A DNA stretch of 32,000 nucleotides from Candidatus Peribacter riflensis (GTDB lineage: Bacteria; Patescibacteriota; Gracilibacteria; Peribacterales; Peribacteraceae), in NCBI GenBank assembly GCA_001430755.1, contig CP013062.1, positions 630,001 through 662,000 on the forward strand, given 5' to 3'. The position numbers were made by a program, and so were the translations under genes. Under the pieces are notes generated by a model. The model was not told the origin of the DNA. It did not search any database and saw only the letters and a list, made by a program, of their open reading frames with translations. Every line of letters starts with the position of its first letter. Position 1 is the first letter of the stretch. Below, in pieces: positions 22,865 through 29,431 of the stretch.

Positions 22865-23860
22865 ATGTTCACCACGCTCGCACTCCTCATCATCGGTTTT
22901 GCGTTCCTCATCAAGGGCGCCGACTGGCTGGTCTCTGGCGCATCCGCTCTCGCAAGGAAGCTGGGAGTATCGGACCTGGCCATCGGGCTCACCATCGTGG
23001 CCTTCGGCACCTCCATGCCGGAATTCATGGTGAACATGATCGCGAGTCTGCAGGGCAACAGCGATATCGCCATCGGCAACGTGGTCGGGAGCAACATCTT
23101 CAATATCCTCCTGATCCTGGGCCTCTCGGCTCTCATCGCGCCGATCATCGTGCAACGGTCCACCACGCTCAAAGAAATCCCCTTCAGCTTCCTCGCAGTC
23201 CTGATGCTGCTCGTCATGGCCAATGACGTGTTTGTGGACGGATATGCGCGATCAGAATTGAGCAGGAGCGACGGTCTGGCCTTCATCGGATTCTTCGTGA
23301 TCTTCCTGATCTATACGATGAACCTGCCGCACGCCGGGGAATCCGTCGCCACACCTGAAGCAACAAAAGGGACATGGACATCTGTTGCACTCATCGTGCT
23401 CGGTCTCACAGGCCTCGTGCTCGGAGGAAAGTTCACCGTAGACTCCGCTGTGGCTATCGCACGCGTACTGGGCCTCTCAGAGGCGCTCATCGGTCTCACT
23501 ATCGTCGCAGTGGGAACCTCTCTGCCAGAACTGGCGACTTCCATGGTGGCCGCTCGCAAGAAGAACGCCGATATCGCCGTGGGGAACATCGTGGGCAGCA
23601 ACATCTTCAATATCTTCTGGATCCTCGGGGTGAGCGCCGTGATCCGGCCGATCCCCTTCACGCCGGCAGCCAACTTCGACCTGTGGGTGCTAGTGGCCGT
23701 CACCGTGCTCCTCTTCTTCCTCATCCATAACGGATGGCTCTTGCGCAGAATTTTCCTGTGGTGGAAACAACGTGCCCATTACGTCATCCGCTGGTGGGAG
23801 GGCGCGATCATGGTCGCCTGTTACTGCGCATACATCGGCTACATCGTGTGGCGCGGATAA
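22865..23860 (+). CDS. CaCA-family Na+/Ca2+ (K+-dependent type / YrbG-like) antiporter
   Basis: Two alpha-repeats: GLTIVAFGTSMPEF..GNVVGSNIFNILLILG and GLTIVAVGTSLPELATS..GNIVGSNIFNIFWILG. TGgTAGAGT (22849-22857) lies 7 nt upstream of ATG 22865. Confidence 0.8.
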   Translation: MFTTLALLIIGFAFLIKGADWLVSGASALARKLGVSDLAIGLTIVAFGTSMPEFMVNMIASLQGNSDIAIGNVVGSNIFNILLILGLSALIAPIIVQRSTTLKEIPFSFLAVLMLLVMANDVFVDGYARSELSRSDGLAFIGFFVIFLIYTMNLPHAGESVATPEATKGTWTSVALIVLGLTGLVLGGKFTVDSAVAIARVLGLSEALIGLTIVAVGTSLPELATSMVAARKKNADIAVGNIVGSNIFNIFWILGVSAVIRPIPFTPAANFDLWVLVAVTVLLFFLIHNGWLLRRIFLWWKQRAHYVIRWWEGAIMVACYCAYIGYIVWRG

Positions 23861-23861
23861 C

Positions 23862-23888
23862 AAAACAGGCCCCGTCGGGACCCGTTTT
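23862..23888. terminator. Imperfect bidirectional hairpin AAAACAGGCCCC-GTC-GGGACCCGTTTT between convergent genes
   Basis: Ten of 12 positions pair. A-run and T-run flanks could serve either strand. Confidence 0.4.
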
Positions 23889-23907
23889 GAGAAGTGAGTG
23901 CTGACGA

Positions 23908-24090
23908 TTACTCAACCACCACGTTGCCTTCGGCATCGACAGTCGCATCCACAGTGGGAACCTGCTCAGCGGCAACGGAGGACGAGGAGCTGCTCTCGGT
24001 CGTTCCCTCCTCTGTGGGGGGAGTCACCGAAGCGGAACATGCGCTGAGGAGAAAGAGCGAAAGCCCAATGAGAGCGAAAGAACGCTTCAT
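23908..24090 (-). CDS. Small lipoprotein (60 aa)
   Basis: MKRSFALIGLSLFLLSAC, a lipobox L-L-S-A-C, followed by a low-complexity Ser/Thr/Glu tail. Confidence 0.55.
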   Translation of the reverse strand: MKRSFALIGLSLFLLSACSASVTPPTEEGTTESSSSSSVAAEQVPTVDATVDAEGNVVVE

Positions 24091-24184
24091 AGAAATAAGG
24101 GGGAAGTAAACAAAAATGCACTTCACCCTAGGAGTGAAAAAATGATGGGGCAAGAAAAAAACTCATTTGTTTTCCAAAGAAAAT

Positions 24185-24209
24185 CAAAAAAGACGGGCAC
24201 CTGCCCGCC
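24185..24209 (-). terminator. Rho-independent terminator after the cupredoxin lipoprotein gene
   Basis: Minus strand: GGCGGGC-AGGT-GCCCGTC followed by TTTTTT. Confidence 0.55.
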
Positions 24210-24234
24210 TTTTCTACTGAAGAACACAATCGTC

Positions 24235-24654
24235 TCACTCAATCACGATGGTTCCCTTCATCTCGCGGTGTCCCTCGCCACACATCACGTTGCAGCGGAA
24301 AGGGAAAGTGCCGGCCTTGTCCGTCGGCAGGTCCACAACGGCCGTCTGGCCCTCATCCAATTTCACATCGATCCCGAGATCCGGAACGCCGATGCCGTGA
24401 TTTCCGCTCACACCCACGAATTCCACTTTTACCTGCTCGCCCACCTTCGCGGTGACGAGAGAAGGCGTGAATGCCCAGTTCGCAACCTCGACACGCACGA
24501 CGCGCGCCTCGGATGCGGGAGAAGAAACGGCGAGAGCTTCGGAGGAAGCAGCAGAAGACGCTGCGCCACCATCAGTCCCGACGGATCCGTTCAGGGAACA
24601 GGCTGTCAGCAGCACACCGAGCACTGCGGAAGAGAAGAGGAAGGAACGTTTCAT
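24235..24654 (-). CDS. Cupredoxin-fold lipoprotein
   Basis: MKRSFLFSSAVLGVLLTAC lipobox. The C-terminal FTPSLVTAKVGEQVKVEFVGVSGNHGIGVPDLG...FPFRCNVMCGEGHREMKGTIVIE resembles the cupredoxin_1 family, with a C..C..H..M ligand-like pattern. Confidence 0.6.
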   Translation of the reverse strand: MKRSFLFSSAVLGVLLTACSLNGSVGTDGGAASSAASSEALAVSSPASEARVVRVEVANWAFTPSLVTAKVGEQVKVEFVGVSGNHGIGVPDLGIDVKLDEGQTAVVDLPTDKAGTFPFRCNVMCGEGHREMKGTIVIE

Positions 24655-24759
24655 GAACAAAAGGGGGAAAGGAGGTGAGAGCCTAGCAACCGGATTTCTC
24701 AAAGGCAAGAACGCCTTCTTGCTTCCGCTTCCAAAGCAGCTTTGCTAGGCTACCACTGT

Positions 24760-24835
24760 GTCACGGTAGCTCAGTTGGTAGAGCACAGGACTCATAAGCC
24801 TGGGGTCGCCGGTTCAATCCCGGCCCGTGACACCA
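24760..24835 (+). tRNA. tRNA with CAT anticodon (elongator Met or Ile2), CCA encoded
   Basis: GTCACGG-TA-GCTC-AGTTGGT-AGAGC-A-CAGGA-CTCATAA-GCCTG-GGGTC-GCCGG-TTCAATC-CCGGC-CCGTGAC-A-CCA. The paired G1:C72 argues against an initiator. Confidence 0.85.
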
Positions 24836-24893
24836 GCCTTCGCTCCCTCTGGGGAGCTACGGCTGGCAAGCCACGCCTCGGCTACGCCGTGAT
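24834..24893 (+). repeat. Best-formed copy of the dispersed nested-hairpin motif, overlapping the tRNA CCA end
   Basis: CAGCC-TTC-GCTCCC-tctg-GGGAGC-TAC-GGCTG-GCAAGCCacgcctcGGCTACGCCgtg. Confidence 0.75.
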
Positions 24894-24963
24894 AGTTTAA
24901 TCCAGCAGGAGAAAGGGCATTTTCGCCTGTGATAGCGAAAATTGAGGCATACTATCCCCGTCT

Positions 24964-25695
24964 ATGCAGCCCGTACTGCTTTGTCTGCACGGCTGGGGAG
25001 GCTCCAAGGAATCCTTCGATGAGCTCAAGGCCGCGCTCGACGGCGAAGACCTGTTGATCCTCACGCCGGATCTTCCCGGCTTTGGGCTGGAACCGGAACC
25101 GGATCGTCCGTGGAGCGTGGATGACTATGCCAATTGGGTCGAAGTGTATCTGCAGAAAACCCTACGCCCTACGCCCTACGCCCAAAGTCCTCTTCTCCTC
25201 CTCGGTCATTCGCACGGCGGACGCATCGCCATCAAACTCGCAGCCAGACAAACGAACAGCTACAAGCTAGATCACCTCTACCTCTGCGCCGCCGCAGGCA
25301 TCCGTCACCGGTCACTCAAGCGGCTCCTTGGCAGGATGCTGGCAGGCATCGGACGCGCACTCTTCGCCATCCCCGGTCTCTCAAAGCTGGAGCCGTTTGC
25401 GAAGAGAATGCTCTACAAGCTCCTGCGCGAGCACGACTACGAGCGGGCATCGCCCATCATGCGGCAAACCCTCGCAAGGGTCACGGCGGAGGATCTGACT
25501 TCCCTCCTTCCGAAGATCGCAGTGCCCACCGATCTCTTCTGGGGCGAGGACGATACGTACACGCCCATCGCTCACGGCCGCCTGATGCATGAGGGCATCC
25601 GCGGGAGCGTGCTGCATACATTTGAAGGGACCCGTCACCGCGTGCACCGCGATCGCGCCCTCGAAATCGCCTCTGTCATCCGCGATCATCTCTAA
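24964..25695 (+). CDS. Alpha/beta hydrolase
   Basis: LLCLHGWGGS and the nucleophile elbow LLGHSHGG, plus a C-terminal H in GTRHRVH. TACTAT (24950-24955) lies 8 nt upstream of the ATG. Confidence 0.8.
   Translation: MQPVLLCLHGWGGSKESFDELKAALDGEDLLILTPDLPGFGLEPEPDRPWSVDDYANWVEVYLQKTLRPTPYAQSPLLLLGHSHGGRIAIKLAARQTNSYKLDHLYLCAAAGIRHRSLKRLLGRMLAGIGRALFAIPGLSKLEPFAKRMLYKLLREHDYERASPIMRQTLARVTAEDLTSLLPKIAVPTDLFWGEDDTYTPIAHGRLMHEGIRGSVLHTFEGTRHRVHRDRALEIASVIRDHL
25160..25190 (+). repeat. Heptamer array CCTACGC x3 (+CCAAAGT), in frame in the hydrolase CDS
   Basis: Same unit as the ruvC/recF junction array. Encodes TLRPTPYAQS, just before the nucleophile-elbow strand. Confidence 0.9.
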
Positions 25696-25769
25696 CCTTA
25701 ACCTTATATCTCACCCTTCGTCCTTAGTCCTTCGTCCTTCGTCCTTCGTCCTTAGTCCTAATCCCTAAA
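25693..25769 (+). repeat. One-armed array (TAACCT x2 ... TTCGTCC/TTAGTCC x6, TAATCCC, TAAA) filling the hydrolase/murF junction up to ATG 25770
   Basis: Read directly. It begins with the hydrolase stop TAA, and stop codons occur in all three frames (25725, 25753 and 25766). Confidence 0.95.
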
Positions 25770-27302
25770 ATGTCTCTCCTCCTCGCCCTGCTCACGCTCA
25801 CGGCCACGCTCTCGCCCCTCCTCACCTTCGCCACCCTCTGGCAGGTGAAAGAGTGGCGGACCGACCGCCTGCGGGAACACCTGCGCAGCGAGGGACTGTT
25901 CGTGCAGATCTTCGGCTTTGTAAAACCCCTCGTGCTCCTGCTCGCCCTGCCGGCGCTGGTGTTGCAGTGGCTTCCGCATGTCACCTGGACTGTCGGCGTG
26001 CTCTCGCTCCTCACCGTGCTCACCATCGCGCGCATCGCTTTAGACCGGCAGCCGCACCCCGTGTGGACGGCCAAGGCCGTCGCGCTCATGGCGGGAGCCT
26101 TCGTCTTCGTCCTGGCGGCGACCGTGTGGCTGCTGCTCCTCCCCCTCACGCATACCCCGGCACTGGCGGTGATTCCCCTGCTCTCCCCCATCGCTCTTTT
26201 AGGTTCGTGGATCGTCTTCTCCCCGGTTGATGCCCTGCTCAAACGACGCATCCTTGCGCACGCACGCCGACTGCGAAAGAAGTATGCGGACCTGGTCGTC
26301 ATCGGCATCACGGGGAGCGTGGGTAAGACCACCACCAAAGAACTGCTCCTGCACCTGCTGCGTGACACCGGTGCGCACGCCACGCCCGCCTACGTGAACT
26401 CCGAAGTGGGTGTCGCGCGGTGGCTCATTCACACGCTGTCGGGCACCGCCGTACCGAAGATCCTCATCGTCGAGATGGGCGCCTACCGCAGCGGCGAGAT
26501 CCGCCTGCTGAGCGAAGTCACACAGCCGATCGTCGGCATCATCACGTTCGTGGGATCGCAGCACATGGCGCTCTTCGGCTCACAAGAGAAACTGCTCTCC
26601 GCCAAGGCCGAACTCTTCGACGTGTTGCCATCGGAAGGCGCAGCAATCGTAAACGGAGACAGCCCGTTCGCCGATCAGCTCCGCCCGCACGCACGCTGTC
26701 GCACCGTCACCGTAGGCACAGGCGGACGGGCGGATCTGGAAGCATTCGATATTGAGGAAACCTCCGCAGGCCTGCGGTTCCGCGCCGGCAACACCATGGT
26801 CACCACTCCGCTGCATGGCACGCACAACGTGACCAATGTCCTGCTCGCCATGGCTGCCGCAGAGACGCTGGGGCTCAAGCGCTCCGATGTCGCGCGCAAG
26901 CTCGCAAGCTTCCGGCCGCCCGAACACACATTCTCGGTGCGTTCCGTCGGCTCTCTCACCCTGCTTGATGACACGCACAATGCCAGCCCGGCCAGTTTCA
27001 AGGCCGCAATCGGATGGGCCAAAGCCCAGCCAGCCGAGGGCAAGGTGCTCCTCACGAGCGGCCTGATCGAGCTTGGAGAAGGAGAAGACCGCATCCATGC
27101 GGAACTGGGCGTGGAAGCAGTGGGCATCTTCGACCGCGTGATCTTCACTCATGGCCGCCACGCCCGCGCCTTCGAACGTGGCTACGGCAAACCCGTGGAG
27201 ATTCTGTCGAAAGCAACGAAGCCTGTGAACCACCGCTCCCTCTTCGTATGCGTCGGCCGCATTCCCGAAGAAACCGTCCGCCGTTTACTTCCCAAGTCCT
27301 AA
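25770..27302 (+). CDS. murF: MurF-type Mur ligase (UDP-MurNAc-tripeptide--D-Ala-D-Ala ligase) with an N-terminal polytopic membrane domain
   Basis: About 150 aa with 4-5 hydrophobic helices, then VVIGITGSVGKTTTKE (P-loop), NSEVGVARWL, IVEMGAYRSGEI, LHGTHNVTNVLLA and LDDTHNASPASF, as in MurF. Confidence 0.8.
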   Translation: MSLLLALLTLTATLSPLLTFATLWQVKEWRTDRLREHLRSEGLFVQIFGFVKPLVLLLALPALVLQWLPHVTWTVGVLSLLTVLTIARIALDRQPHPVWTAKAVALMAGAFVFVLAATVWLLLLPLTHTPALAVIPLLSPIALLGSWIVFSPVDALLKRRILAHARRLRKKYADLVVIGITGSVGKTTTKELLLHLLRDTGAHATPAYVNSEVGVARWLIHTLSGTAVPKILIVEMGAYRSGEIRLLSEVTQPIVGIITFVGSQHMALFGSQEKLLSAKAELFDVLPSEGAAIVNGDSPFADQLRPHARCRTVTVGTGGRADLEAFDIEETSAGLRFRAGNTMVTTPLHGTHNVTNVLLAMAAAETLGLKRSDVARKLASFRPPEHTFSVRSVGSLTLLDDTHNASPASFKAAIGWAKAQPAEGKVLLTSGLIELGEGEDRIHAELGVEAVGIFDRVIFTHGRHARAFERGYGKPVEILSKATKPVNHRSLFVCVGRIPEETVRRLLPKS

Positions 27303-27326
27303 CCCTAGCCCTTCGTCCTCCGTCCC
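27289..27326 (+). repeat. Short-unit pyrimidine-rich array across the murF/degT junction, running into the degT start
   Basis: cttcccaagtcctaaccctagcccttcgtcctccgtccc-ATG-tccttcctccatcccatccat. The first DegT codons (MSFLHPIHH) continue the periodic pattern. Confidence 0.8.
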
Positions 27327-28574
27327 ATGTCCTTCCTCCATCCCATCCATCACACCTTCGCGCCGCACGTGAACGCGGCCGCCGTGCTCCGGGCACTGGG
27401 CCTGCTCCTGCAACCGTGGCGGTGGCGCAACGGACCGGAAAGGGAACAACTGCGCGCAGAGATCGCCCGGCGCTACGGGGGAGACACCGTCCTCTTCGCC
27501 TCGGGCCGTGAGGCGCTGGCCGCCCTCTTGAAATCCCTCAAAGGTGCCCCGCGCGGGGAGGTGATCGTACAGGCCTACACCTGCGTCGTCGTGCCCAATG
27601 CTATTCAGGCGGCGGGATGCGTGCCGGTCTACGCCGACATTGAGCGAGAGACCCTCAATCTCGACCTGGCGGATACTGAGCGCCGCATCACTCCCGCGAC
27701 GCAGGCGATCATCTGCCAGCACACATTCGGCATCCCCGCCGATACACACCGGCTTCGCTCCCTCTGTGACCGCTACGGAATCGTGCTCATCGAGGATTGC
27801 GCACACATCATGCCCGATGAGCACGGACCCTCCAGTATCGGAAAAGACGGGGACTTTCTGCTCTTCAGCTTCGGGCGCGACAAGGCAATCTCGGGCATCA
27901 CCGGAGGGGCCTTGGTTTCGCGCCGCCCCGATGTCTCGGTGCGACTCCGCGCCGAGGAGGGCGCAGCCGCTCCGCTCTCCCTCTTCAAGATCAAGCGCCT
28001 CCTCTTCTATCCGCTCGTGTACGCAGTGGCGCGCCCGCTCTACGGATGCGGCCTTGGCAAAGTCCTGCTCAAGCTCGCCCGCACCATAGGCGCCCTCGTC
28101 CCCATCCTCACGGCATCGGAGAAGCGCGGGACGATGTCCTCCACATTCCACGCCCTCCCCAACGCCTGCGCATCGCTCGCACTCGCCGAACTGCAGCGAC
28201 TGCGTGAGATCAATGATCACCGCAGAACACTCACTGCCCTCTACCTCTCAGAGCTCCTCAAATCGCACATCCCACATTCTTCAATTCCCAAATCCATCCA
28301 TCCCGCTCTCCCACTGCAGAAATTTCCGCTGTTCGTGCACGGAGCGGAGGCGATCCGCCGCACCTTGAAGAAGCGGAACATCCACCTGAATGATGGATGG
28401 ACCGGCTGCGTCGTGTGCCCCGCAGGAACGGCCCTGGACGAAGTGAGTTACAAAAAAGGCCTCGATCCGGAAGCGGAAAAAGCCTGCGAACAGATCCTCT
28501 CGCTGCCCACGCACCCGACGATGACGGAAAAGGATGCCAAAAGACTGATCGACACGATGGGATCTCTTCTGTGA
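27327..28574 (+). CDS. DegT/DnrJ/EryC1/StrS-family PLP-dependent aminotransferase
   Basis: VIVQAYTCVVVPNAI, IVLIEDCAH, and LLFSFGRDKAISGITGGALV with the Schiff-base Lys context. Confidence 0.75.
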   Translation: MSFLHPIHHTFAPHVNAAAVLRALGLLLQPWRWRNGPEREQLRAEIARRYGGDTVLFASGREALAALLKSLKGAPRGEVIVQAYTCVVVPNAIQAAGCVPVYADIERETLNLDLADTERRITPATQAIICQHTFGIPADTHRLRSLCDRYGIVLIEDCAHIMPDEHGPSSIGKDGDFLLFSFGRDKAISGITGGALVSRRPDVSVRLRAEEGAAAPLSLFKIKRLLFYPLVYAVARPLYGCGLGKVLLKLARTIGALVPILTASEKRGTMSSTFHALPNACASLALAELQRLREINDHRRTLTALYLSELLKSHIPHSSIPKSIHPALPLQKFPLFVHGAEAIRRTLKKRNIHLNDGWTGCVVCPAGTALDEVSYKKGLDPEAEKACEQILSLPTHPTMTEKDAKRLIDTMGSLL

Positions 28575-28593
28575 ACGGGCAGGCAGAGGACTC

Positions 28594-29346
28594 TTAATGC
28601 ACGTAACTCGCCGCATTGATGTCGATCGTTGCTCCCGTGGCATGATCTGCCAGACCACTGAGCAAAAAGGTGACCATCGGGCTAATATCCGTGGGCTCTG
28701 TAAGCCTGTTCAAGGCGACGCCTTCCAGCAGAGCCGCTTCGCCGTACTGCTCCAGCGCCTCTTTCGCCATATCGGTTTTCACCCAGCCGGGAGCGATGAT
28801 GAAACACTTGATATCGTCCTTTCCAAAATCTCGTGCGATGGATTTGCTCAGAGAGACAACGCCTCCCTTCGATGCCGCATAGCAAAGATAGTCCTCCGTA
28901 TCACCGCGAAACGCCGCGCGCGATGCGATGTTGACGATCCGCCCTCCCCCGCACTTGCGGAAATGGACGACGGCCTCCCGACAGAGGATCGCGACGGCAC
29001 GCAGATTCACCGCGAAAACTTCATCGCATTTCTCAGTCCACTGCTCATCCTGAAGCGGCGCCAGAGGACAAATACCCGCATTGTTCACCAAGGCATCTAT
29101 ATGCCCGAACTGCTGAACGACTTCTGCAAAAAGATGCTGACAGGCAACCGGATCCCGCAAATCCGCCTGAAAGGCCTTCGAACCGTTCCCTGCCTCCTGC
29201 ACCGTGCGATGCGCCGCGTCCTCGCTTCCCGAATAGTGAACGGCTACACGCGCCCCTGCCGCCCCGACCTGCCGCGCGATTGCCGCTCCTATGCCGCGCG
29301 ATGCCCCGGTCACGAGCACATTCTTTCCCTGAAGATCAATGGTCAT
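28594..29346 (-). CDS. SDR-family oxidoreductase (FabG-like)
   Basis: TGASRGIGAAIA (TGxxxGIG), NNAG, and the YAASKGG catalytic Y-x3-K. TGgTAGACT lies 7 nt upstream of ATG 29346. Confidence 0.85.
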   Translation of the reverse strand: MTIDLQGKNVLVTGASRGIGAAIARQVGAAGARVAVHYSGSEDAAHRTVQEAGNGSKAFQADLRDPVACQHLFAEVVQQFGHIDALVNNAGICPLAPLQDEQWTEKCDEVFAVNLRAVAILCREAVVHFRKCGGGRIVNIASRAAFRGDTEDYLCYAASKGGVVSLSKSIARDFGKDDIKCFIIAPGWVKTDMAKEALEQYGEAALLEGVALNRLTEPTDISPMVTFLLSGLADHATGATIDINAASYVH

Positions 29347-29386
29347 GACTCGCAGTCTACCAGCAAGTGCTCACCTGTCGCTTCCA

Positions 29387-29414
29387 TCTTCTGTCTTACG
29401 TCTTACGTCTTCCG
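29387..29414 (+). repeat. Heptamer array TCTTCTG, TCTTACG x2, TCTTCCG in the divergent SDR/femAB promoter region
   Basis: Read directly. It ends 4 nt before TAGAAT (29419-29424). Confidence 0.85.
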
Positions 29415-29431
29415 AAGCTAGAATACCGGCG

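Noticed and set aside
23908-24654. The two adjacent lipoprotein genes sharing MKRSF signal peptides and similar 5' leaders as a novel system
   Set aside because: This looks like an ordinary local duplication of a lipoprotein signal and leader region. The mature parts are unrelated: a low-complexity tail versus a cupredoxin fold.
27285-28220. 311-aa minus-strand ORF, and 28597..29421 on the + strand (274 aa)
   Set aside because: These are shadows of the DegT-family and SDR genes respectively. No motifs are present.
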